The translations under genes were made by a program, and so were the position numbers. From the NCBI GenBank assembly GCA_036172245.1, contig JAYWIR010000012.1, forward strand, positions 310,001 through 374,000: a stretch of 64,000 nt of DNA. Direction: 5' to 3'. The DNA is from Raillietiella orientalis. Taxonomy: Eukaryota. Shown piece by piece: positions 36,130 to 48,639 of this stretch (its first letter is position 1; the number at the start of each line of letters is the position of its first letter). The notes under the pieces were generated by a model. That model worked only from the letters and a program-made list of their open reading frames with translations, made no database searches and had not been told where the DNA came from.

Positions 36130-36605
36130 GTGATCAAGATTGTCGAGGAAAAGGGATTTTTTTTCCCTTATTCGAATGTTGAAATTGCGATTGCTGTAAT
36201 GCGGCGGCAATTCGTTTGAGTGTTTCCTTGCAACTTGCAGTCTGCTCCAACGTTTCCTTTCAGCAGTGGGGAATGAGACCGGCAGTGCAGCAGCAGCAGC
36301 AGCAGCAGAAGAAGATTCGTGGCATAGAATGCCACGTGACACCCTGTTGGTTTGCCTTTTATGTTTGCCACTAGCGAACGGGAAGATCAAACGACATGCT
36401 GGACGTGATATAGTGGACTTCAATACCTCGTTTTAAGTTATTAGGCGTCTTCTCTATTATTTTTATTCATTGCTTCATGCTAATAATAACAAGCATAATG
36501 AGAACGAATTCCTGGGTATTGAAATCTGGACATTTTGGGGAGGAGAATAGCGGATTTTCAAAGACCGTCTAGGGGGGATTCCATTAACTTACGTTGGCAA
36601 CCCTC
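36130..36605 (-). mobile_element. truncated inverted second copy of the hAT MITE
   Basis: Begins AGGGTTGCCAAC..AAGTTAATGGAATCC; 36166-36397 is about 98% identical to 35338-35572. Confidence 0.85.
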
Positions 36606-37719
36606 CACGCGTGGTTCGAATTAAACACCGGACTTGCCGGGTCGCCGGCAAGCAGACTCGCGAGGTCCACGTCGGCAGCGGAGGGGAGGGGAAGAAACAA
36701 TGAGAAAAATAAAATACATAAAAATGAACCCACGCGCACGCAACAAAAAGAAAAGAAAAAAAAAAGCACCCTCGTCGCGGGGTCCTTCGACGGGGCCGCC
36801 GTCAGGAAGAGAAGGTGGAAGCGGGCCTGCCGACCACGTGGCGATCCGGCAACCGGCGGAAAAGAGGTTGAAAGGAGAAGGAAGGCGGACTCGGAGGAAG
36901 GGGAAGACCCACGGGCTCAGCTGGCGGGAACCCGCGGATGAGTTTCCGCGCCAGGATGAGCAGACATTTTTCTATTTCTGTACGGTGAGCGGATCATCGG
37001 CGTGCAGCCGGAATGCTCGCGGCGAGCAGCACTCGCATGCTTTTTATTAGTGGCATAAATAAGCAGTCCAACGGATGCCCGACTGCACTGCTTGAAGACA
37101 CCGTAAATAGCTGAGCAGATTACGAGGCGCGGCAGCTGCGCGAAGAGCCGGTGGGTTCATCTGCCCCAACCGTGCACGTGCGAAGAAGGGAAACTCCGCA
37201 TCAGGGAAAGATGCAAGGCGAAGGAGTGTCCCTCAGCGAAAGATGGATCCTACCTCCTGCGCTGAATAGGATAGGACCGGAGTGGGATAGCGAGCAGGAC
37301 ATTGCCTTTCCTTGCATTTTTATTTCACGTTTTTTTTTTTTTTTTTTTTACGATGCAAACAGCTCGAAAGAAGATCTTCATGCAACGCACGAGCCCTTGA
37401 AAAGTGATTTCCGCTGTGTGCCATGTCCTTTTTTGGCTGGTCCCCATAATTTGCCACGGCTTCAAGCGAGTCGTTCGAGGGAGGTGGTCGGGTAGAATGT
37501 AGGGTTCCTCGCTTCTGGCCATTCTTGTTCGTCACCCGTGATCCTCGGGACTCCTAGACCGAGACTTTGTCACCTGGAAGCACAGCGGCCCCGCCGTAAA
37601 CCTCAGGGACCCTGCGATGAGTTTCTTTTATTTTTCGGGTTTTTCCTTCTTTTTGGTTCGCCAAGTGATGAAGAAACGTCCGCCTAGGGGCTCACGGAGC
37701 ACCGTCCACGCCACCCGAG

Positions 37720-38210
37720 GCGCGTGTGGCTCTTCAAGTTAGGGGCACCTCAGGGTGGGGGGGGGGGGGGGAACCACCACCCTATAAATCCAGAAAGGCT
37801 CTGGGGTCCGTTCCCTTTACGCTTGGGAGGGAACCTCTTCCTTGTTCCTCGTCCTCTGAAGAGAACCCCGAAGGGAGCAGCACACTTCTTAACATTCTGG
37901 AGAAGCGATTCCCAAGGAGAGTGTCGACCAGCTCGCATGGAACGGCTCTATCTTCACAGCCGGAGGGGCTCCTTGATTCCTGGAAGGAACCCGGAGGATC
38001 GGCTTTTAATCCAGGCCACTCAACGGGGGCACCGCTTTCGTAGTCGCGCATCCGAAGCCAGCAGAGGACAACCAGCATCACCTTGCGGGGGGGTAGAAAC
38101 CAACGACGCATCTCCCGTTCTTGGAGTCGAACGTTCCCCGGGCGGGATTCAAGATAGCGACGTTCGGCTCCAGGCATGGAGAGGCGGCAGCCACGCGGCC
38201 GCCAGCGCGG
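37720..38210 (-). mobile_element. SINE-like repeat copy
   Basis: Spans from the head (about 38210) to the CCTAACTTGAAGAGCCACACG end (37723). Confidence 0.75.
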
Positions 38211-39399
38211 GCCGTTTGGGTCAGCGGTGAGTTTCTCGAGCGCGAGCGTGTCCTGTTTAAGCCCGAAATGGCAGCCATCTTTAACCGAGGGCGTAAAGAG
38301 GCAAGCGGCGTCAGTCGATCTAATTTTCAGCGGCTCCCCGCGGACACCTAACGAGATGAGAAAAACTGCTGGGCTTGTCTATGGTGCGCCACACTGGTAA
38401 CCTCACCCTGGCGAACTTAGACCCCTGCTGTGCGCATCTTGATTCTTCTTTGGCCATAGTCGATGTTTGCTTTCAGCTGGGATTTTCGGGAGCAGGTTGG
38501 TCAACACAAGAGGAAATTCATTTCTTTCATGTCTTTCGAATCTGAGGTGGGTGGAGTTTCTGAAGGGAATCCAAGGCCAGTCGTTTTCGATCACCGCGGC
38601 ACCCTATGAACTGCACACTCCGGATTCGATTTCGACGCGACGCGATGCGCCTCTTCGGATGCTGTGCAGCCATTCCCGACCAACCTACCGTTTCCCGTTT
38701 TCCATGTGCCAAGCGCAGCGAAGCCGGGGACCCTCCCAGATATGCGCGACGCGTTTCCTTCTCCCACTTTCTGCACTTCCCTCCAGGGCATTCAGGATTT
38801 TCTCGTGATGCCGACGCTTGCCAGCCGAAGACGTCGGCGACTCGCGGACGGCCGGCTTCTTGCAGGCCATGCAGTCCGGCCTGGGAACTCGGGAAGCCAC
38901 GCTGCTTTTTGACCGTCGAGAATTGCGAGTTGCACGTGCACTGGTAGCTGCCAGCAGCCGCACCTCGGTATCGGTGGGTGGCGTTTCGCAGATGGGGGCA
39001 GAAGAGATGCGGATTCCCTTTCTCCTGGCTTCTCCACGGAAAGTTCTCATCATAATGGTTGGTGTCTGATCTCAAAGAAGTCTGTCTCACGCTCACGAAG
39101 GGTAGCTCGCCGCTAGAACGTAGTATAACCAGTGGCACGAAAGCACTCAATGCCATGCCGACCAAATCTAAAAAATCCAGAGAGTTTGAAGATCTTGAAA
39201 AATGAACCACCCAAAGTCGATACCCCCCGGATAGAAGTTGAGTGTCCGGGATTAAAAGTCGATCCTCCGGGTTCCTTCCAGGAATCAAGGAGACCTTCGA
39301 TGCTGCCATTCCCAGTCCTGATGATGTACCTGAGATGCTTGCTGAAATGTACCTGCATCTGGGATGTGGTGAAAGAGCATGAGATGAAAAGCCGCAACC

Positions 39400-40200
39400 T
39401 CCTCTGAGTGACAGCTGGGTACGACGTTGTTGAACCAACTTGGTACACATAGAAGAAGGATGGCGAAAGACATGAGTAGCTCTTCACCACTGCCTTGGCT
39501 GAGATCACCTTCAACGGGTTCGAAGCGTTTTACAGCGTATGCCGTGAAACCGAAAGCCGTCTCGGATTCTTAAGCATCGATGGTCACCGAAACGGCCCGG
39601 ATTTGTCGCTCGTTTTGCCACATCTTGAATGTTCGAGCAAAGTGTTGCTGTTGCATGGAAAAGAAACAGATATCGGAAAGAATTTTCTCAGTAGCCATAC
39701 CTACCCAGATACGCCAATGTTTCGAAGTACTATCTACGCCACGACTGCACAATAAAAGCCAGAAGACCTATAAATAACTTCGTGCACCAACACTGACAAA
39801 GTCCTAAACAAAGACTGGGTTGCATCTTGCAGGATGTAAACAGTGACTCGAAAGCCATTGGAAAAAAAATAATAATAATAAACACATAGCTTCTGACGAT
39901 TTTTCTTCGAATGCTGATGTGGAAATAGTCGGTCTTTCTGGGAGAGTGTTCTGCCAAAGGTGGATTTTTTTTTTCTTTCAATCTTTTTGTTAATGTCATA
40001 TAATCTGTTGATGCCAACCATTTTAAAATAAATCTTGGAGAGCACATAACTCAGAGAACATTCGCCGATACTCACAGAAACGCAAACCAATCACTAAACC
40101 AATCAGCCCACTTCTGGACATTTCGCTGCCAATTATTTCTGCCTATTTGAGGAACCGAGTGGATTTACCAGCATAACAGGAGAAAAAGAACTGCATCTGC
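39400..40200 (-). mobile_element. DIRS/YR-retrotransposon-like RT relic
   Basis: KWLASTD, DYFHISI...RSYVF, LGLCQ..CTKL and LAYLG occur in order, resembling DLKDAYFHIPI / PFGL..AP..FTKL / YLDD. Confidence 0.45.
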
Positions 40201-40720
40201 AACTCCGCATAGAATGTTTGCTTTGCGAGTTCAAAATGAGCGGCCATAAATAAATCTCTCAGTGTTACTCTTTTAGAGTCTTCAACGACTGCCCTAAAAA
40301 CGTAACCATGAGCCACCATGAACAACACACACCCTATCACCCCCATTCCTCCTCCTACTAGCCTTCCACTTACAATAACCCTTATATCACAAATTGAAGA
40401 ATGAGCTATAATTACCTTAAAGCCTACTGTGCCGAAAACACAGTGAAACCCCTTATTACACCTCCCACTACCCTTATTCCTACCAAATAAATCCCTATAA
40501 TCCTATACCTAGGTTTCCTAAATAACCGTACCCAACTACAACATAACCCCCGCAAGAACTTTGAACCATAAAAAAGATTCCACATGAGCCTTAGGAGGCC
40601 ACAAATGTACCCCAGGCACTGGCGAGTCCTCAATAAAAATGCTCCAACCAATCTCACCCCTTCCATTCCTTCCACTTTTCCTCTACCATTCTCGCGATTT
40701 GAGCCCATATCTATTCCAAA

Positions 40721-40849
40721 GGTGGGTTGGGTTCAAAATCCCGAAAGATCTCGAAAATACGTTTATTGTTCTAGATGTTGATATATAAATTTATACAGAG
40801 ATTACTATATGTCGCAAATATTATAATATATACATATATAATATAATTA

Positions 40850-40881
<32 letters not shown>

Positions 40882-41841
40882 TAATATGCAAATTTATTTT
40901 AACATTTATTGACACACGTATTATAAGCATAGTTAACAATGTGATTATTACATGTACTTATATATATAGACTAATATATATCATTAAGATTACGAGAAAT
41001 TAATGCAAGGCTAAGTTATTGTAAGCTTTACAATATGTATATTAATACATAAGTTAATGTATAGATTAATTATATGGATTGATAAACAAACTTATTTCAA
41101 CATACACATTCATTAATATAATTAATAATAAACATCAATATATATTGTTAACATATATAGTATGGAGATTATAACACGTGTTTATTAAGCACATTCATGT
41201 ATATTGATATACAAAAAGTATATATCAAATGAGTATAGGAATATCGAACATAAACATGAATACTATATATGTAATAAACGTACACTAAGTGAGTGTATAA
41301 ACGCCGAATTTTAAAAAACGAAAAAAATAATGGTGGCAATTGAAAATGGTGGAAAAAGCTGAAAAGGCAAACAAACTAAAAAAGCCCAAAAAAAAGTTGG
41401 CATTTCGTCTTCCTGTCACTTCCAACAATCCGTAAACGAACCTTTCTCAGGAAATGACGAATTCTGTTTTCGGGATTTTGATCGCCCGATAAATATACAT
41501 GTTATATATTCATTGCATATGCATCTATTACATGTGTAAATATGTAGTAACATATATAATAAACACACGTATTCATTTTTTATAATCGTCAATAATTTCT
41601 ATATTAATAATATCTATAATAAAATAAATATGTATGTAATTAAATATTAATAAACGTGCATCTTAAAATAAATTTGTACATTAGTCTATATATAAATATG
41701 TATATTAATTGACATAATAAGCACAGTATTTATTTTCATAGTCTTTATAATATACATTAACGAGTTGATCCATGTATACATTTATTTGTCAGTGTATATG
41801 ATATTTATTTCTAAGTTCTGGGATTTCGAACCCAATTCATC
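40721..41841. mobile_element. AT-rich foldback/MULE-like element, copy 3
   Basis: TIR TTGGGTTC(A/G)AAATCCC at 40727 and 41835; shared core around 41340-41500. Confidence 0.8.
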
Positions 41842-42519
41842 AGGTCAACTTCACATAGGTATTTCTTTGTATCTCAACCTTATTGTAGAGCTGTAGGAGG
41901 TGTTAAAAAGCACCCTAATGATTGCTAATTTGAACACACATTCGGTTGCCGGTCAGGCTCAGCTGGAATTCAGACAGAACCGAGTGCTCCCTCTTTTGCG
42001 GCCGTCATGCTTTCTAAGAAAGGTCACGATTTTGCCCAGTTTCCCCGTGGGTCCGTTTCCTCGTGCTTGGCCGGAGTCGACGAGAAGCATGCTGTCAGCC
42101 TGGGCAGCGGCTGCTGGATAGGCAGCTGAACATGTTGTGGGGCTTTTGGGGAAAGAAGTCCTTCCGGTCTTAGGAACTCTTCGTTTTTGTTCAGTCCTCA
42201 GAAAAATATGCGGTCGTGGAGAAGTTGGGCACCATCGTGAGGCAACCGGAGAAGTTCAGAAGTATCTCCCTCTTTCTCCTCTTCTCCGGAGCAGGACCCC
42301 ATCTCGAACAACTTGGTTCGCCCCATCCACCGGCCCTTGTTTTCTGTTTACGAGCCCCGGGCAAGAAACGACAGTTGCCTACCAGCGGGGTGGGAACTGC
42401 ATCACAGCACTGCAGGAGCGACCACACTTCCGGCGGCTGGAGGGCAGGTGAGCCGTGGATGGCGTCACTCCTCGTTCTCAAGAAAAGGGACTCCTCTGGC
42501 GCAGTGATCTGCTCGGTTT

Positions 42520-43110
42520 AACATCCCGTAACGCCGGGGCGTTTATTATAAAAAACAAGAAACGTATAGTGTAGGGCCATCGGCCCTACATCGTCCGAAA
42601 ATGTTCGGAACCTGCCGAGTAACCTGCACACAGGCCGGCGAGGTTCGCCTCGGCAACGGAGGGGCAAAAAAAAATAAAAATCAATAATAAAAAAAAATTG
42701 GGTGGGCGCGGGAAAGGATCGCTGCCTTCTGGAGGGCGTCCTCTGTACCCTTTCCAGGATGCTGGCAAGTTCCATCCGAGTATGTCCCAGGTGGGCCCAT
42801 CTTGCTGCCGTCCTCACGAAGCGCAGGGAGAAGCAGATGGCGTCCCTATAGCGCCGTCCTCCTCTCGCGTAGCTCCAGGCCTCCACAATCCCACGTGGGC
42901 AGCAAAGAGCTGCTAGGCATGCGGCAGGAGAAAGGGTTCGCGCACGAAGAGGTGCTTCATCACGTCCCTCGGATTATCCGTTGGTGCACCAACCACGAGC
43001 ACCAAGAGCCAATGCGTAACGCAACCACAGGAGCCGGAGAGCAGCACAGTCTACAAGCGGGTGCGGGAGGGATTCTCGTTCCCCACACCTGCAACTGTTG
43101 GGGTTGGTGA
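42520..43110 (-). mobile_element. LINE family A 3' portion
   Basis: VRTAARWAHLGHTRMELASIL; core about 97% identical to the reverse complement of 47668-48030. Confidence 0.85.
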
Positions 43111-43119
43111 CCTGCCTGG

Positions 43120-43797
43120 TGTGACCCCCGAAGAACTCGTAGTCCCTCCCCTGTGTGCAGACACTACGATGCCTCCTCTACCGTGGAATCGAAATGTTCT
43201 GCTGTTTCTGGGGTGTTTTCCAAACTGTTTGAGGTGCGGGGAGGTAGAATCGTTCCCACGTCTGCTGTTGAACTGTAATAGCTTTGGAGGAGGCTGGATT
43301 CAGAGCTCCTAAATCCCGAAGACACTTTGAAGGGATCGCCGAGGCGGTTCTTCGCAAGAGGTTTTCACGACGGGCATCGTGATTGCGACGACATGTTTGT
43401 TGCATCCGCGCCATCGTCACAGCCCTCCATGCGCCGGAGTCTCGTTCGCAGCGAAAGGAGACCACCAGCATGGTCGTCGCATTGATGAGGACGGCTGCAT
43501 GGTGGTCTCACCTTCCAGAAGTCATCAGAGAGGTCGTCATCGTCCTCCCCAGCCGCTTCTAGGAAGAAAGAAACGAATGAAACCAAAGACTCCTGTTCCT
43601 ACCTTCTCGCCTTTTTCCCCCTTCTTTTATTATCCCTTCCCCATGTTCCCTACTTCCCTAGAAGTCGGTCTATTTGCCGGTGGTCATCGCCAATGAACTT
43701 GTCTTTTTTTTTCTTTTTTGGCATCTTTTGTATTTAGGGAACACTGTTCCCCTGATTCATGGTTTATTTTTAAATAAACGTCCCGACGTGACCGAGT
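43120..43797 (+). mobile_element. LINE family A 3' portion
   Basis: PNCLRCGEVESFPRLLLNC finger, RTAAWWSHL, 3' hairpin, terminal motif. Confidence 0.75.
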
Positions 43798-43829
43798 ACC
43801 AATCCATTGTTCCAAAAATAATGCGGAAG

Positions 43830-44800
43830 TGACGAATATGCCAAAAAGCAAGAATGGGTCGGTGGGCTGCTTTCAGGTATGCTCGTTCCGTATTTCGAAG
43901 AAGATCAGCACCTCTGGTGTTCCACTGTTGAGGACGAAACTACCCATGCGTTGCAGAAACTGACGCGCTTGAATCAAGCATGAAGGGGAATACCAGTGCA
44001 AGTGAAGGAGTCACCCCCCAAAAGAAGATACCCGAAACAAACTGAGGTTTTCCATCGGATCCGTTCCCTGGACCAGCAGGAAGCTAATCTCACTATGAAG
44101 TGCTTTCGGGACAGGAAGGCTGCGCTTTTTCCGCTCTCGATCTTTGCAAGAACCGGAAAGATCGAAGCAGTTCTAGAGTAAGCAATGCCGCGTCCATCTT
44201 GCTACTGGAGTGCTGGAAACGCGTCCCAAGCTGCCTGCCTTCAATCCTCGACTGTTAACAGGAAGATGATGCTGACACGATGTTCTTTTTCGCCCCATTT
44301 CGAGAGCAGCAGACTCGGTACACAAACTCCTGCTTGAAAAGAGTAGTTCCATCGATTGCTGTTGCCAGTTCATTTACGGTGGTAAAACCAAGAAGAAGAA
44401 GGAAAGTGTTCGGAGGGAAAAATCTCCTCCATGATCCCAAGAAGAGTCGAAATCATTTGAGGACCAAGTCAGTGCTTCCGTAGAACTTTTCAGATTGCAG
44501 TTCCTCCCCCTCCGACTGGCGGTGGGACTCATTCTTTGAACGAACGGTTTGCACAGGAACAAACCGAACAAGCACCTTCGCTTTTGCCGCTTTTCTTTTG
44601 CCACTTTCTCGAAAAGGTGCATCCCATCCTTTCCCCAGCTTGCTGTGGGGCGGGCTGCTCTCAACGCTGTGCGGGTGAAAGTTCTTCCTCCATTCCTTCT
44701 TCTGCCTTCCCGCTGGATGCACCTGAGGACCGCATAACGAAGCAGCTGCTGCTCTGCCTTCTGTTAGTCTCAGAGTGCTCCATACGTCCACTGGATCACC
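43830..44800 (-). mobile_element. LINE ORF1/APE junction relic
   Basis: PVNSRGLK (N.RGL) and KSAAFLSRKHF APE N-terminal motifs. Confidence 0.4.
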
Positions 44801-44849
44801 CCCGTGTCCGCATGTCCATTCAGGATTCTGTATAAATAACTGAACTCCT

Positions 44850-46283
44850 AGAAGCCGCTATGGTTCGAGGTTCTTCTCCACAAGAGAAGGTTTGTCTGGA
44901 AACCCTTCTGGGTTCTGCTTTCGCTGCTTTCCTTCCAGCTCTTTTTCCTTTCGATGGAGAGAATGGAGATGCAGCTACAGTTTCGGAGACTCGCCCTCAT
45001 GGCAAACCTATGTAACACCATCTGGTGCCAACCTACACGTCTTCTCGTCCAGCAAGCCACAGGCACCGTGGGACTTGCGTCCTTGAGCGCCGTCCATGCA
45101 GTCTCATCCACGGTGGACTGCACCTGCGGCAGGTGACCACGCTGGCCAGGAACAACGGGTGGATCTCGTGCTGCCCCGCTAATGGAATTGCCTGGTTGCA
45201 GGGAACCGTTCGCAAGTGGGCGAGGAGCCAGGAGCCAAGCTCAGAACTGGTGCGAGAGGCTTCCTGTACGCGCGCAACAACTGCACGCTCCGGGAGATCC
45301 TGGAAGATCCCGTGAAGAGTGCGTGGGCAAGCAGGACCTTCCTCGCCGCCTCTCTGCCCTACCTTAGGGAACACATGGGCAACAACAGATGGGAGGTCTC
45401 CGTGGAGATCTCCGAAAGAAGGAAAGGACTGGCGAGTGGACGACGGGTCAGCTCACCGACGCTGCGACCCTGATTGCTCGACCCCATGCATTTTTGCACT
45501 GCGGTGTGCCACTGGGTATTCTAGAAAAGGACACTCAGTGGCCTCCGGTGCTCATGAACATCCACACCCTCCCTTTAAAGTGGCTGGGGTCGGCGTTGCT
45601 GCTGCTGCACTGGGGCCTCCCGTGCAACTCCCGCCGGCATCATTGGACACGGAAGGTGGGGCGGGGACCCGAACTGCGGCAGGTGCGGCGAGAGAGGGTT
45701 CCTCCCTCCCCTGCTCATGCAGTGTGTTGCCCTCCGCCCCATGTGAGAATGCTTCGCTGCGTCCCTGCGGATCCCCGAGGGCAATCCCAGAGACGTTCTG
45801 AAGCGCCTCTTCCTGTGAGAAGCCCTCACGCCGGCCGCATCCCTAGCAGCACTGTGCGGGGTGGGACCGTGACTGCATGGAGCAACGCCAGAGGAGGCCA
45901 GAACGACAGGCACGCCATCTATTTTGCTGTCCTCTTCGTGAGAATAGCATCAAGATGGCCCCGTCTGGGAGTCTTGGAACAGGAACTTGCCAGCATTCTG
46001 CATAGGATGCAGAGGACATCCTCCAGCACACAGTGATCCCTTCTCGACCCCCCCCCCTTCCCTCTCCGACCCTCATTTTCTGAATGCATGTTTTTTGTTT
46101 TGCTTTGTTTTCTTTTTGTTCGTCTCCCCCTCTCCTGTGCTTCCGAGGCGACCCTGCTGGCCTACGGGCCAGTCCCCGGCAGGTTCCTTCTCGTAGTTAT
46201 AGGTAACGTGGCAGGATCAAACGTCCTGCTTCAGATGTTTATGTTTATTTTATAAATAAACACCTCGGCGTGACCGGGTGTCA
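44850..46283 (+). mobile_element. LINE family A 3' portion
   Basis: FRRLALMANLCNTIWCQPTRLL is homologous to FRMLALCANLWSTPWCAPARLL at about 15510; terminal motif at 46254-46280. Confidence 0.8.
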
Positions 46284-46455
46284 ACCAGTGCAAACCTGAA
46301 GAGGCCAACCAGCGTCGTCCTGCGTGGGGACTCGAAACTCACGACGTATCCACCCATTTGTCGGAGTCGATACTTCCCCCGGGTGGGATTCGAACCCACG
46401 ATGCCTGCCTGGTGCCACGCGCGGGGAGACTGCAGCAGCTACACAGCCTGCCTTC
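46284..46455 (-). mobile_element. SINE-like repeat, 5' part
   Basis: GGGATTCGAACCCAC B-box complement. Confidence 0.8.
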
Positions 46456-46459
46456 ACAA

Positions 46460-48080
46460 GGTTCTCCTGTGAAGACAAAAGGACGCCGAACCACGATGGC
46501 ACCAGCGGCAGTCCGGCCTAGCCAAGCAACTGTCCTCTGGTGCATTCGTGCCAGTGACCCGACTGTGAGATAGCGCCTGTTGCGGGACGCTCAAGATGGC
46601 ACGGAAGATCGGAGAGGAGGCGGATGATCTCAGGCAGTCGCTCACAAAGGCAGCGAATGCACGGCGCGTGGGGGATCTCATCCTTTACCTCAGGAATGCG
46701 GATTCGATGTAGAAGATCCGTTTCCGGGAACCGTGGCGCGGGATGGGGATCGAAAGCGGGGAAGGAGGGGGAGGGGGAGCGACTGGCGGCAGCTGACTTT
46801 TCCATCGAACATCGAAGGGCTTCTTTCTTTTCCTGTCTCTTTATCTGCGGAAACCTTGATGATGATGACGATGACCGGGTACGAACGGCACGCTCGGGAT
46901 TCCAGCTGGAACGAACAGTCGCGCATGGTAGCCCAGCTAGCGTATGCGAGAGCGAGGACGTCGGACTGGGCATTCCAATGCCAGGACCAATAACTGGGAC
47001 TTCTACCGACCCGCGAACGGCAGTGTCTGGTTGCAGGAAACCGTTTGCACATGGGTCAAGAACAACGGAGCGAGCACGGAGATGCGGCAGCGACTGCTGC
47101 ACTCCTTCTACAACAACCGTTACCTGCAGGATGTCATCGTGCAGCCCACCACGTGTGTGTGGGCTGCACGATGGGCTCCCTAGCTGCGGTACTGCACTCC
47201 CTCAGGGAGAACTTGGGCAGTAACCAGCCGGCCAAACTGGGAAGTCAGTTGCGAAATAGCTCTTCGTACGAAGAAATTAGGTGGTTGAACCAGGGGCCTG
47301 CTCATGGACGCTGCGACCCCAAGTGCCCCACCGAAGGAACTATTGCTCTGGGACGAGATACTGGGAATCCCGCTGGAAGTCCCCGAGCGGAACTCCAGCG
47401 CTAAAGAACAGCCGGGCCCTCTCCCTGAAGAGGCAGGAGTCAACACTTCTGCTGTTGCACCGGGGTCTCCCGTGCAACTCCCGCCTCTCCCACTAAACCC
47501 GGGAGGCTGTGGACATCAACTGTTGCAGGTGTGGGGAACGGGAATCCCTCCCGCACCTGCTTGTAGACTGCGTTGTTCTCCGGCCCCTGGGGTTGTGTTA
47601 CGCAACGGCCCTTGGTGCACCGACGGACAATCCCAAGGACGTGACGGATCACATCTTGCGCGACTCTCTTTCTCCTGCCGCATCCCCAGCAGCTCTTTGC
47701 TGCCTACGTGGGATTGTGGAGGCCTGGAGCTACGCGAGAGGAGGACGGCGCTATAGGGACGCCATCTGCTTCTCCCTGCGTTTCCTGAGGACGGCAGCAA
47801 GATGGGCCCACCTGGGACATACTCGGATGGAACTTGCCAGCATCCTGGAAAGGGTACAGAGGATGCCCTCCAGAAGGCAGCGATCCTTTCCCGCGCCCAC
47901 CCAATTTTTTTTTATTATTGATTTTTATTTTTTTTTGCCCTTCCGCTGCCGAGGCGAACCTCGCCGGCCTGTGTGCAGGTTACTCGGCAGGTTCCGAACA
48001 TTTTCGCACGATGTAGGTCCGATGGCCCTATACATGTATGTTTATTTTTTATAATAAACGTTACGGCGTGACTGGGTGAT
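46460..48080 (+). mobile_element. LINE family A, RT C-terminus to 3' end
   Basis: GLGIP, CCRCGERESLPHLLVDC finger, 3' hairpin, terminal motif. Confidence 0.8.
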
Positions 48081-48639
48081 AAACCAAGCAGGTTTCTCCA
48101 CCGATGGAGTCCCTTTGCCCGGCAGCGTTCACCAGCTCGCTCGTCTTGCAGCTGTCTAGGAGGTTGGCTGCTATCAGTGTTTGCCCTGAGGGCAGGCAGC
48201 ACTGCAGCAAGGGGTGAGACGGCTAGCCAGGTCCATTGCGTCCAATCCAGCAGATCTTCCAGCGGTTTGCGTAAGAGAGCCTGCAGCGGTCGTAGTTCCT
48301 CTATGCGCATTTCCAAAGTGATAGTCCAGTGCTCCATAGCTTGGTGCCACCAGGCATTCCAGTTTATGGGGCGGCAGCAGATCTACGGATGGGCTAACTG
48401 TAATGAGGACAGATGCCTCATGGGGTAGCCGAATCCAGTCCTCCGGTGTAGGTTGCGCAGCAGTAGCGAGAGACTTACCGCTGGACGAGCGGCGGTTGTC
48501 TCCCGCGCCGCCCTGTTGACTCAAGACTCCCCAGGCAGGAGGTGCCCGGATCCAACCGAAAGGGTTGGCCTGACCTCGATTCGCGCCATCCACACGACCT
48601 TGGAGTACGTGTCTTTGGAGACACGTGAGGAGGGACACG

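Noticed and set aside
40340..40720. G-poor, C/A/T-rich strand-asymmetric tract
   Set aside because: No definable repeat unit or function; probably a decayed simple repeat
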